Assembly (NCBI GenBank): GCA_965223795.1
Contig: CBDCXL010000002.1
Location: forward strand, 70,105 to 134,104
Source: Nitrospinales bacterium
Lineage (GTDB): Bacteria > Nitrospinota > Nitrospinia > Nitrospinales > VA-1
DNA: 64,000 nt
Direction of reading: 5' to 3'
The position numbers were made by a program, and so were the translations under genes. This document shows, in pieces, positions 1-9,342 of the stretch. A model generated the notes under the pieces. That model was not told the DNA's origin and searched no databases. It worked only from the letters and a program-made list of their open reading frames with translations. Position 1 is the first letter of the stretch. Every line of letters starts with the position of its first letter.

Positions 1-941
1 CGCCTCCCCTGCCGCTCGCGCTGCGGGCCGATGCCGGTGAAGAGGACCCCCCCGAGGCCGCCCCCGAACCGCAGGAGTTTCCCGATTCCATCGCCGTGCA
101 GTTTCCCGTGCAGCTCAAGCCCGGCGGGGTGAAACCGTATTTTCTCAACGGCGATGCGAACAACCCGGTGAACCTGTGGAAATGGACCTCGTATCCGCTG
201 AAAACGCTCGAGATGAACGCGCGCGGCCTCACGCAATGGAGCCCGCAGCCGGAAAGCGGCCAGGCGCTGACCTCCAACGCGGTGTTCGAATTCGGCCGCT
301 ACCATCTGGTGATCCACCGAACCCTGAATACACCGAACTTCTCGGACGACATTCAGTTCCCGATCGGCCAACCGGTGCCGGTGGCGTTCAATGTGTGGGA
401 CGGATCGCAGGCGGAAACGGGATCCAAGAAGGCGGTTTCGAGCTGGTTTGAAATGCTGCTGGAAGAAGTGGCGCTGCCGGTGTCGGTCACCAAAAGGACG
501 GTCCCGAAACCGGAGCCGCTGCCGGAACTCGCGCCGGAGATGCTGATCGAAGAGACGATGAAAGCCGGCCCTAAACCTGTCGAGCCGCTGCCCGACGCGC
601 TTTCCATTCCGGAACCCGAACCTGAGCTTGTGCCGCCCGCGCCAATACCGGCGCCGTCCGCCCCGCCGCTTCCTCCCATTGAGGAAACGCTGAAAACCGA
701 CCCTGAGCCGCTGGAACCGTTCTCCGAGATGCACTCGATTCCGCAGCCCTTCTTTACGGAGCCCGAGCCGGACGCCCTGCCGCCGATGGGGGAAATTCCG
801 ATAGAAGAAGAACCGATCCTGGAGGAACCGCTGCCGCCTTCTCTGGCGGAACCCAGGATGCCCGCCGCGGCCCCGCCGCTTTCGGACCCGGATGCGGAAC
901 TGCCTGTCGAGCTGCCGATCCCGCCGCCGAAACACCGCTGA
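1..941 (+). CDS. C-terminal part of an EB_dh-type (ethylbenzene dehydrogenase gamma / NxrC-DdhC-like) haem-b subunit with a ~150-aa Pro/Glu-rich tail; 5' end lies outside the window
   Basis: Frame 3 is open from nt 3. Motifs DSIAVQFPV, NLWKW, VAFNVWDGS and KAVSSW resemble the EB_dh domain. The tail is PEPEP/PxP-rich. Confidence 0.55.
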   Translation, partial: PPLPLALRADAGEEDPPEAAPEPQEFPDSIAVQFPVQLKPGGVKPYFLNGDANNPVNLWKWTSYPLKTLEMNARGLTQWSPQPESGQALTSNAVFEFGRYHLVIHRTLNTPNFSDDIQFPIGQPVPVAFNVWDGSQAETGSKKAVSSWFEMLLEEVALPVSVTKRTVPKPEPLPELAPEMLIEETMKAGPKPVEPLPDALSIPEPEPELVPPAPIPAPSAPPLPPIEETLKTDPEPLEPFSEMHSIPQPFFTEPEPDALPPMGEIPIEEEPILEEPLPPSLAEPRMPAAAPPLSDPDAELPVELPIPPPKHR

Positions 942-970
942 GCCCTCAGCCCTGAAACGAAGGCACGCTG

Positions 971-2236
971 TCAGGAATCGCTTGCGAATTCTTTCAATGT
1001 GAGGGATTTGAGATAGGCGAGCAGGTCCGCCACGTCCTGCACTTCGAGCAGGTCCACAAAATTGCCCGGCATCATCGAGATCTTCTGGGTCTTGAATTTT
1101 TTGATGTCGGCTTTGCGGATGTAGAGTTCGTTGCCTTCCTTGTCGATGATGTCCAGTCCCTGATCGTCTTCCAGCAGCTTGATCCCGGTGATGAATTTGC
1201 GTTCCTTGGTCAGGATGAGAACCGTGGCGTATCCCGCGGTGATGACGGCTTTCGGATCGAGCAGCGATTCAAGCAGAAAGCCGGGCGTGCGGCTGCTGCC
1301 GATGTGGCTGAGGTCGGGACCGATCTCGCCGCCCTTGCCGTCCACCCGGTGGCACTTGGAACAGTAGACCGTGCCATCCGGATCGAAAAACATCTCACGG
1401 CCTCGCTCGGCGTCCCCCGGCGTGTTGAGATACGGCTGCCAGTCCTCGGGAACCGGTTCCTCTTCCGGCAGCAGGCTGTTGAGATACGCGGCGATGGCGC
1501 GGGCATCCTCCGTCTCCAGAGACAGATCCGGCATGCGCGTTTCGGTTTTATACGCCTGCGGATGGGTGACCCAGGCGTACACCCATTCGGGGCTGTAATA
1601 AAAGCCGGCGCGGGTCAGCTCCGGTCCGACCTTGCCGCCCTCTTCCCCGACCCGGTGACAGGCGAAGCAGCTTTTTTTCTTTTTGAACAATTTTTCGCCG
1701 CGCTTCAGGATTTCCGCATCGCTTTCCGCTTTTGCCAGCCACTCCGAGAACGCCTTGAGCTGCTCTTCGGAAACTGCCTCGTGCCGCGGCCGTTCCGTGT
1801 CCACGCCCTGCGGCAGGTTGACCGGATGATTGTTTTCTGTGGCCAAACTGCGTATGTAGGCCACCAGGGCCCAGATCTCGGCCTGCGACAGCGTGCTGCC
1901 AAACGGCGGCATCAGGTGGGACTTGCGCACGCCCGCGCCGCCTTTATGAATCACGCGAAATATCTGGTGATTGGTTTTTTTGCGCTGGAACTTCGGGTGG
2001 GACAGTTCTGCGGGCTCTTTATCGAGGTATTCGGCGTTGTAGCCGTCGCCGTCGCCGTGAATCCCGTGGCAGTGGGCGCAGAATTTCTGGAAGAGCCGCT
2101 TGCCCTGTTTCACCAGGTAGCGCGGGGTCTGCTTCTGCGACTGGATGGCGGCGTCGTCTCCATTGGCCCAAATGGGCGCTGCACTCAAAAACACCGTGCA
2201 CCCCAACACGAAGCAAAGCAGGCTCGTTCTCATCAA
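971..2236 (-). CDS. secreted tri-haem c-type cytochrome
   Basis: N-terminal signal peptide. Three CxxCH motifs (CAHCH, CFACH, CSKCH), the last two each followed by GPxL. C-terminal domain ends ...MMPGNF...LLAYLKSL. Confidence 0.85.
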   Translation of the reverse strand: MMRTSLLCFVLGCTVFLSAAPIWANGDDAAIQSQKQTPRYLVKQGKRLFQKFCAHCHGIHGDGDGYNAEYLDKEPAELSHPKFQRKKTNHQIFRVIHKGGAGVRKSHLMPPFGSTLSQAEIWALVAYIRSLATENNHPVNLPQGVDTERPRHEAVSEEQLKAFSEWLAKAESDAEILKRGEKLFKKKKSCFACHRVGEEGGKVGPELTRAGFYYSPEWVYAWVTHPQAYKTETRMPDLSLETEDARAIAAYLNSLLPEEEPVPEDWQPYLNTPGDAERGREMFFDPDGTVYCSKCHRVDGKGGEIGPDLSHIGSSRTPGFLLESLLDPKAVITAGYATVLILTKERKFITGIKLLEDDQGLDIIDKEGNELYIRKADIKKFKTQKISMMPGNFVDLLEVQDVADLLAYLKSLTLKEFASDS

Positions 2237-2356
2237 TTCTGAATCGGTTTTGGGTTATTGCGTTGAATTTCTGGAATGATATCTCAATTCACCGGCAGAT
2301 TCATTAAAAGAATCGGCGCTGGAAACGGTTTTTACGCTCCGGGTGCGCCTGAAAGC

Positions 2357-2393
2357 AAAAAAAAAGCAAGGGGACCGCATAGGGTCCCCTTGC
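2357..2393 (-). terminator. rho-independent terminator downstream of MCO copy A
   Basis: Minus strand reads GCAAGGGGACC-ctatgc-GGTCCCCTTGC followed by a T9 run, 25 nt after the stop. Confidence 0.75.
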
Positions 2394-2417
2394 CTCGTTG
2401 CTTCGGTTGTTTCAGAA

Positions 2418-5400
2418 CTAGCGGTTCATGGACAACCTTTCCTCCCCGATCGCAGGAGCGGTTTCGGCTTTTTTGCCGGAGCCGTCGCCCTTGTTCAGAG
2501 GCAGGATGGACTGCTCGCCCTGAGGCAGCACTTTGAAGTAACCCCACTGACCTGCCTGCTGATAAGGCGTTCTCGCATTCAGCCACAGGTAGGTGCCGGG
2601 ATTCCTGTAAGTGCCGCCGGCGGTGAAGAAGGCCTGGATGTACTCGCCGCCGCCGAACTCTTCGACGTCGATCATGTCAGAGCCTTCCTGCATGATGTGG
2701 CGGCGCCACTGATGGCCGTCCAGGTTGAACATCTGGTTCTGCTCGTTGTGCGCACCGAACACGTTGATCATCACGCGGTCGCCGGCATGTGCCTTGAGCA
2801 CCGGCGTCGCGGGATCGCTGTCCGCTGCCACGCAGGGCGTGAAGATATTGCCCAGCTCACAACCTTCATCCTCGCGATACGTCCACGGCTCCAACCGGTA
2901 GTTGACGCCGGTCAGCCCCGCCACGTTCTGCAGGTACGGCATGAACGAGGTGCCGAGGATGTTGTCCTCATCCTGGAAGTACAGAGCGAAATCGCGGTAG
3001 TTCTCGAGATGCTCGTTGCCAGGATAGGTTTTGTCGACGATCACGTCCGCTTTCCAGGAGTTGCCGAGCGAGATGTCCTTGCCGGTCTCCGGATCGCGGT
3101 ACACCGAGCCGCGCGGCCCGATGATGATCGCGCCGTACATGCCGTCGCGAACGTTGGTCGTCAGGTTGCCGAAATCCCACAGCAACGCGCCGTTCAGACC
3201 GTAGTCCGGATGGGCGTAGTAGGTGTAGGTCTTCGACTTGCCGGGAGCAACAGTCTGATCGCCGGGATTGTTCCCCACGTTGATCCCCTGGGAATCCAGC
3301 GGATCGAACGCCACGTTGTTCGCGTGCAGGGACGCGTTCCCTTCTTTCAGACGGTTGGTCAGCTTGATCTTGATGCAGTCGCCGATGTTGGCGCGAATGG
3401 TCAGAGGATGCGGCATCGCACCGTCGTCGGCGGCTTTACTCACTTCACCCTCGAGCGCGAAGATCTTGGCGTTGGCGTTCGCGAGCAACAGCTTGCGCTC
3501 GAAATCCACCTCGATCTCGTCTTCGGCGTTGGGGTTGAACTTCAGCGCCTTGTTGATGGCGACCACGCTGAAATTCTTAACCGGTGCGCCTTTCGGGCAC
3601 AGGGTCTTTTTGGCTTTCTTCGCAAAGTCCCGGTTGCTCGGGAGCACTTTCAGGTCCTTCTGCAGCTTGTCGTGGACCCGGATGATGCCCCAGCTTCCTT
3701 CGGACAGATGCGATGTTCTGCCGTCGTAGTACAGGTAGTCGCCGGCCATCTGCTGGTATCCACCAGCGGTGGTTGCCAGGTCGTACCGTTCCGCGATGCC
3801 CACATGCAGTGCGTTGGTGACGCGGGAGTCGCGGTCATACCGTTCCGGCCGGTAGCCGTGGCCGGAAACCACCCAGGTGTGGGTCTCGTTCATCATGCCG
3901 TGCAGCACACGGAACATGATGTTGTCACCCACATAGGCGCGCAGCATCGGCGTCACAGGATCGCCATGCACCTTGCTGCTGAACAGCTTGGAGGCGTCCT
4001 TGTTGGCTCTCAACCGCGAGGACAAAGAAGCCGCCCGGAAGTTGAAGCCGCCGCCCGTGGTGTGCGTGCCGCCGTTCAGATGCGGGAAGGCCACTTCCAG
4101 CATGGTATCCGGCATCTGGAACGAAATGGACTGACCGGCGGCAATGGCGTTCTTTCGGGACAGGCCCGGAGGATTGCCCTTGCTCACCAGCTGCGCGGTG
4201 TGCGGCACGGTGTCGTGCAATTGTGCCACCAGTTCACGGAAACTGCCGTTGCGCCCGTAAGCGAAAGGCTCGGACCCGTGAATGTCGGCGACCGGACCGC
4301 TGCGGATCTCTTTACCCGTTTCAGGATCGTGATACGTGGATCCCCAGGGCTCGACGATCGTCGATCCGATGCCGCCGTGCGGCCAGGTGGTCGCGCCGAA
4401 CGCGTGGTCGTGCCAGAACACGAGACCCAGGTCCGCATCGACCCACCAGCGGTACCGCACGTACTCGGTGGTCACGATTTCACCTTTCTTGTGGGCGTGC
4501 TTCATGCCCTCGGTGAAGGTGATCTTGTACTTGCCATCCTTCGCGAACGCCTTGTTGGGATCGGGACTGATGGATTTGATCCAGCGCGCGTCCTTGCCGT
4601 TGGGCACCTCGATGCCGACGATGATGTCCGCACCGACGTGGAACGGGGTCGCGCCTTTCGCCATCTCGATCTCAACCACGGTGTCGCCCGGCTTGGTGGC
4701 CTTGAGCACCTTGGCGTTCATCGGGACCGGCATGCCGACATGGTGGCCGTCCTTCATCTTCTTGCTGAACTGCGTGTAGGGTCTCATGGACTGATCGTAC
4801 GAGAACCCGGAAATCACGCCGTCGGAGGCCTGGTTGTCGAACTGGAAGAAATGCGGATGGATGTTCAACTTCGACATCTGGAAGTTGGTGAAGTCGTCGT
4901 CGTTCCATTCGCTGGAAAGCAGCAGGTCCACGCAGTCATACACGTTGGCGCGGATGACCAGCGGGATCGCTTTCTTGGGATCGGCCTTGACTTCCGCCAT
5001 GTCCTCGTCGATCACGTAGATGAGACCGTACTTGTCGATGACGGGAGCGGTGTCTCCCACAGCGGGAGTCAGCTCGATCGGAGTGTTGATGAAATGCAGG
5101 TTGTACTGCTTTCTGCCCGCGCCTTTGGGGCACAGGCTCCAGCGGCCCTGCTCACCCGGTTTCGCGGGAGCGGTGCTCTCCACGTTGGGACCGGTTTTGC
5201 CGCTGCCCGATTCGGTATCGAGGATCTCGTCGTCCGGCATCAGGTGGAACGGCTCCAGCCAGGGAGCGCCGCCGTGATGGCGTGCGAACGGTACCCGCTT
5301 GCCGAAATGCGGCGTCATGTGCGGCCACGCCAGCTTCCCGGTTTGGGGCGCGAACTGAATCGGGTGCCGCTTGCCGGGATGCGGGGATTTGTACTTGGCA

Positions 5401-7373
5401 ACCTTGTAGGTCGTCTCGGGTTCAGACAGAGCCGTATTGCCTTTCCAGCCGTAATCCCAGACGGAACCGTCGTAGGCCAGGATCTGGCCTTTTTCATCGT
5501 CGGTGTGGCCGGGCTTGCCCTGAGGCGGCAGCATGTACTTCACCCAGTCCTTGACGTTGACGACCGGCGCTTTCTTCGTCCAGTCGCTCTTGCCTTTGTC
5601 GACGATCTTGAACTTCTTGCCGAACCAGTCCATCGTCTTGCCGACCAGCTTGTCGGAACTCACGCCTTTGGGAATGCGTCCCTTACGATCGGGAAGCTCC
5701 TGCAGCGGACGCATGACGTCGGTGCTGCCGAACGGGTAGTTGCCATCCTGCAGCGTGTTGTACACGCGCCAGTAACCCCACATGCCGGCAACGTAATGAT
5801 GCGCGACGTGGCAGTGGAACAGAAAGTCGCCCGCCAGACGCTGGCACAGGCCGGAACCGCACTCGGTCTCAAGGTCCAGCGCTTCGGAAGGACCGATGAC
5901 TTCCACGTCGACGCGGTCGGTGGTCGTGCGCACGACCGGGTACTTGACCGGGCCGTTGTAGGCCGCGGTGATCAAACTGTCGATACCCGGTTCCCGCTTG
6001 GGTGAACGGGTCCAGCGGATGGATCCGCCATGCGGATGATGCGAGTGGAACACTTCGCCGCCGCCGTGGATCAGGCGGAACTTCGCCGGATCGCCCAGGT
6101 AGGACCGGGGGATCGTGGTCGGTGCGTCGGCAAAGGTGTAGGAGCTGTACGACAACGACTCATCCTCGTAGTGGAACATCTTTTCCTGTACTGCGAGGTT
6201 GTTGATGCCGAACGGCTCACTGCGATAGTTCATCGCGCGGGCAGAAGGACGGTACGCGTCGGTCTGCGGATCGCGCTGCGGAATCATCTCGCCGTGACGG
6301 TTCAGCGGACGGAAAGACTCGTCACCGACTTCGTGGTAGAACAGCACGAATTCGCGGAAGTCCTTGTCCTCGTCGTTGGCGATCATCGCCATCCAGCCGG
6401 ATTCCAGCGGACCGCCGGTCCACGGATCCAGATACCTGGAACCTTTGGGCTCGACGATGAACGCGCCGATCAGACCCAGCGAGGAAGGATCGCGGCCGGC
6501 ATGACTCTGGATCATGTGGCTGCCTTCCTGCTCGTCGATGGGAATGAACCACTCGAAATCCTGCGATTCGCCGGTTTTGATGATGGCGCCGGGAGACGCA
6601 GCCGTCGCCGGTGCGCCGCTGGAGCTGATGATCATGGCGGAACCGTTGACCTGAAAGCCGATGTCTTCGTCCTCGACTTCATTGCGGACCTTGAAGCGCA
6701 CGCAGTCGCCCTGGTTGCCGCGGATGGTCAGGGGCTGAATGGCGTCGCCCTGAAGCCCCGTGGACACCATGCCCGGATCCAGCTCGTCTTCACGAGCCGC
6801 GGCGTTCTTTTCTTCTTCCTTGCGCACCTTGTCGACGTCCTTGGTGAGCACGTACATGTAGCCGGGATAGTAGTCGCCCCACTGGTTCAACGTGACCTCC
6901 ACGTTGATGGCGGTCACGTCATACGTCTTGACCGGTGCGGAGCTGGGGCAGTGCGCCCCTTTGTACACTTTATCCGCGGCTTCGGAAGGTCCCAGCAGAT
7001 AGCTCTGGCCGAGCTGATGCGCCGACCAGGAATCGTGAAAACCGCCTCCCGAGGATGCCGGCGCGGCGTGCTCTTTGAGCTTGCCCTGCAGGCGGTCCAT
7101 GAGCTTCATGAAGGTCTGGTTCATGCGCTCCTGCCGGTTCTCCATGCCGCTCATCATTTCCTCGGTGTTGACCTGCTGTTCCAGCTTCTTGAGCCAGGCC
7201 GGCTGGTCTACCGCGGGTCCGATGCTCGAGGGCTTGGGATGCATGGAATGATCCATCTTCATCTGTGCGCCTGCGGGAAGCCCCCATCCCAGGACCAGAA
7301 AGGCCAAGAGCGGAACCATCCAGATTCCCACGCTCAGGCCGCGCACCCGATTCGGAATTTGCCTTTGCTTCAT
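2418..7373 (-). CDS. giant (1651 aa) secreted multicopper oxidase, copy A; MofA/MnxG-size class
   Basis: AGGAGG RBS upstream of ATG 7373 and a Sec-type signal (..GLPAGA/Q). Met/His motif MKMDHSMH. Canonical HCHVAHHYVAGM at nt 5781-5816. HxH motifs HSHHPHGG, IHPH and WHDH. Three homologous modules. Confidence 0.9.
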   Translation of the reverse strand: MKQRQIPNRVRGLSVGIWMVPLLAFLVLGWGLPAGAQMKMDHSMHPKPSSIGPAVDQPAWLKKLEQQVNTEEMMSGMENRQERMNQTFMKLMDRLQGKLKEHAAPASSGGGFHDSWSAHQLGQSYLLGPSEAADKVYKGAHCPSSAPVKTYDVTAINVEVTLNQWGDYYPGYMYVLTKDVDKVRKEEEKNAAAREDELDPGMVSTGLQGDAIQPLTIRGNQGDCVRFKVRNEVEDEDIGFQVNGSAMIISSSGAPATAASPGAIIKTGESQDFEWFIPIDEQEGSHMIQSHAGRDPSSLGLIGAFIVEPKGSRYLDPWTGGPLESGWMAMIANDEDKDFREFVLFYHEVGDESFRPLNRHGEMIPQRDPQTDAYRPSARAMNYRSEPFGINNLAVQEKMFHYEDESLSYSSYTFADAPTTIPRSYLGDPAKFRLIHGGGEVFHSHHPHGGSIRWTRSPKREPGIDSLITAAYNGPVKYPVVRTTTDRVDVEVIGPSEALDLETECGSGLCQRLAGDFLFHCHVAHHYVAGMWGYWRVYNTLQDGNYPFGSTDVMRPLQELPDRKGRIPKGVSSDKLVGKTMDWFGKKFKIVDKGKSDWTKKAPVVNVKDWVKYMLPPQGKPGHTDDEKGQILAYDGSVWDYGWKGNTALSEPETTYKVAKYKSPHPGKRHPIQFAPQTGKLAWPHMTPHFGKRVPFARHHGGAPWLEPFHLMPDDEILDTESGSGKTGPNVESTAPAKPGEQGRWSLCPKGAGRKQYNLHFINTPIELTPAVGDTAPVIDKYGLIYVIDEDMAEVKADPKKAIPLVIRANVYDCVDLLLSSEWNDDDFTNFQMSKLNIHPHFFQFDNQASDGVISGFSYDQSMRPYTQFSKKMKDGHHVGMPVPMNAKVLKATKPGDTVVEIEMAKGATPFHVGADIIVGIEVPNGKDARWIKSISPDPNKAFAKDGKYKITFTEGMKHAHKKGEIVTTEYVRYRWWVDADLGLVFWHDHAFGATTWPHGGIGSTIVEPWGSTYHDPETGKEIRSGPVADIHGSEPFAYGRNGSFRELVAQLHDTVPHTAQLVSKGNPPGLSRKNAIAAGQSISFQMPDTMLEVAFPHLNGGTHTTGGGFNFRAASLSSRLRANKDASKLFSSKVHGDPVTPMLRAYVGDNIMFRVLHGMMNETHTWVVSGHGYRPERYDRDSRVTNALHVGIAERYDLATTAGGYQQMAGDYLYYDGRTSHLSEGSWGIIRVHDKLQKDLKVLPSNRDFAKKAKKTLCPKGAPVKNFSVVAINKALKFNPNAEDEIEVDFERKLLLANANAKIFALEGEVSKAADDGAMPHPLTIRANIGDCIKIKLTNRLKEGNASLHANNVAFDPLDSQGINVGNNPGDQTVAPGKSKTYTYYAHPDYGLNGALLWDFGNLTTNVRDGMYGAIIIGPRGSVYRDPETGKDISLGNSWKADVIVDKTYPGNEHLENYRDFALYFQDEDNILGTSFMPYLQNVAGLTGVNYRLEPWTYREDEGCELGNIFTPCVAADSDPATPVLKAHAGDRVMINVFGAHNEQNQMFNLDGHQWRRHIMQEGSDMIDVEEFGGGEYIQAFFTAGGTYRNPGTYLWLNARTPYQQAGQWGYFKVLPQGEQSILPLNKGDGSGKKAETAPAIGEERLSMNR
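2496..3602. repeat. near-identical block shared with 10416-11522 (third module of the MCO paralogues)
   Basis: Constant 7920-nt offset. By-eye alignment shows only scattered SNPs, and only 5 differences over ~369 aa. Identity ends abruptly at ~3600/11520. Confidence 0.85.
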
Positions 7374-7781
7374 AAATTACCTCCTGAATTGATAAATAAA
7401 ACTCAACAACCACTGCAACCGGCCTCAACGACCGGCCTTGAACTTAAATGCGTTTGGGGTTTCGAAATGATTCTGGCTGAATGGTCCTTTTTAAGAGGAG
7501 GCGACGGCCGCCTGATTCTGGAGAAGAGGACTGGGCTGGAGGCAGGTTGTTGAATTTCAACCTGTAACGTGAAGAGCGCAAACCCCGGCAAAAACACACC
7601 TCCCGATTTCCTCCCATTGAAGAACAATCAGTAAGGAAGATACGCCGGGATATGAATTATTCCCTCGACCGCCTTCTTTTTTGGGTTTTTTCAGGACAAA
7701 AACGGGGCGATGAATTCGTGCGTCCGGCGGGGCGGAAAAACCTTTCGCGGACGCCGATCGGTCCGCCGAAACGGCCTCAAA

Positions 7782-8372
7782 TCATTCCTGATTTATGGGA
7801 TGGGTGCGGTTTTCCGCATTGAACAGATCGGATTGCAATAGGTGCTGCTTGAGGTGGACCTTGGCGCGGGCCAGGCGAGACATGACGGTGCCGATGGGGA
7901 TGTCGAGTATATCGGCGATCTCTTTATAGGAGCGGTTTTCAAAGTAGAACAGGATGATGGGAAACTTGAGCCGTTCGTTGAGGGTGTCCATGGCCGTCTG
8001 CACCTTCTGCTTCAGCTCATTTTGAATGTATTCACTTTCAGGGTCCAGCGGCTGTTTGGTGTGCAGATTGTCGCAAACCGTGTCGAATTCCAGCTCCAGC
8101 CAGTTCTTTCTTTTTTTAACATCCTTGAGGAAAAGGTTCCTCATGATGGAAAACAGCCAGTACTTGCATTTATCCCGATCCTTGAGCTGGTGGAAATTTT
8201 TCAGAGCGTAGTAGAAGGTCTCCTGAACCAGGTCCTCCGCCTGATCTTTTTCCCGGCACAGACGGTAGGCCGCCCCCAGAATAATGGGGCCGTTGGGGTG
8301 CAGATGATTGCTGTAATCATCCAGCTCCGCGCTGCTTTTGAGGTTCTCTTTAAAACGGATTAAAAATTCCAA
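7782..8372 (-). CDS. ECF-type RNA polymerase sigma-70 family factor
   Basis: Region 2 (DLVQETFYYALKNF...YWLFSIMRNLF) and region 4 HTH (YKEIADILDIPIGTVMSRLARAK). Probable TTG start. Confidence 0.85.
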   Translation of the reverse strand: MEFLIRFKENLKSSAELDDYSNHLHPNGPIILGAAYRLCREKDQAEDLVQETFYYALKNFHQLKDRDKCKYWLFSIMRNLFLKDVKKRKNWLELEFDTVCDNLHTKQPLDPESEYIQNELKQKVQTAMDTLNERLKFPIILFYFENRSYKEIADILDIPIGTVMSRLARAKVHLKQHLLQSDLFNAENRTHPINQE

Positions 8373-8727
8373 AGCCTGCGTCCCTGGTTCGGGCTCCCCT
8401 GACGAAAGCGCCCTCAGTTTTCAACCGATAGGGAATAATATATAAAATTCATTGTCTTTTAAAGGGAAGCTGTGCCCCGGCCCGGTCCCGATCTTCCCGC
8501 ATCCGATAAATCCCCGCGTCTCGGCCGTAAAACCGGTATTCACCGAGCTTCGAAACTGAAGACTCCCGGAATTCCCCAATTTCGGGAATCCACAAAAATG
8601 GTGTACACCTTCGGCCAGCCTTTGATAAAATTTTGGCTTGTGTCAAAAAGGGCCGTTCAGATGAATCGTTCCGGCCCGCCGGGAATCCAATACCGTATTG
8701 TGATGACAAACCGAGCCTGAAAGAACG

Positions 8728-9215
8728 ATGGATATCAGCAACGAAGAGCTTCTGCGGCTTTCCACCAAGATCGAACGCGATGGCGAGACCTTCTACATCG
8801 AGTTGGCCAAACACGTTCCCGATCCGGAAGTGAAAGAATTTCTTCTGGCCATGGCGAAGGAAGAAGCCAACCATGAAATGCAGTTCATGAGGATGCTCAA
8901 GGAAAAAGGGGATCAACAGTATGGCTGGGAAACCGACTCCTCCCTGCGCGCACTGATCGACGCTCAATACCAGACGGACATCTTCCCCCAGCTGGATGAA
9001 ATTTTCGAACAGATGCCCCGGTTTGAAGGAATCCAGAAAGCCATCGAATTCGCGATCGAAGCGGAAAAGATTTCGGCTGAGTTCTACGGCTGATGCAGAA
9101 AGCCTGCAAGGACATCAACACCAAAACCCTGCTCGTCCTTCTTGAAAGAGCGGAACAGGATCACCTGGACCGCATCGAGCAACTGAAAGAACGCTACCTC
9201 ACGCAATCGAGCTGA
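8728..9215 (+). pseudogene. ferritin-like (rubrerythrin-type diiron four-helix bundle) protein, reading frame broken at ~9091
   Basis: The 121-aa ORF carries the first ExxH (EEANH) and ends AEFYG-TGA. The second ExxH helix (LLERAEQDHLDRIEQLKERY) continues in another frame from 9093 to 9215. Confidence 0.55.
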
Positions 9216-9287
9216 GCGTTTTCCGCCTGACGACCTCCTCCCCTTAAGTCACGCTCAAAATCCGAACTCCCCTTCGCGCCTTGGCGC

Positions 9288-9321
9288 AAAAAAAAGCAGT
9301 ACCGGCCGAAACCGGTACTGC
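9288..9321 (-). terminator. rho-independent terminator downstream of the cupredoxin-like gene
   Basis: Minus strand reads GCAGTACCGG-loop-CCGGTACTGC followed by a T8 run. Confidence 0.7.
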
Positions 9322-9342
9322 TCGAATTGAACCGATACTTAT

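Noticed and set aside
2343-7553. Very long plus-strand ORFs (2343-6005 of 1220 aa, 6030-7553 of 507 aa) antisense to MCO copy A. The same pattern occurs at 10320-13931 and 13956-15299 opposite copy B.
   Set aside because: Their translations are Arg/Val/Gly/His-rich low-complexity with no motifs. They mirror the codon structure of a GC-rich gene on the other strand, whereas the minus-strand products have clear MCO motifs, an RBS and a signal peptide.
7403-7627. 74-codon ORF between the ECF sigma gene and MCO copy A, considered as a small anti-sigma factor or CxxC peptide.
   Set aside because: TTG start without a convincing RBS, low-complexity Pro/Ser-rich sequence, no zf-HC2 motif and no credible TM helix. 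Kept only as a note in the sigma-factor finding.
8420-8450. AT-rich stretch GGAATAATATATAAAATTCATTG between the sigma factor and the ferritin-like gene, considered as a Fur box.
   Set aside because: By-hand alignment to GATAATGATAATCATTATC gives only about 9/19 matches, which is indistinguishable from a generic AT-rich promoter region.
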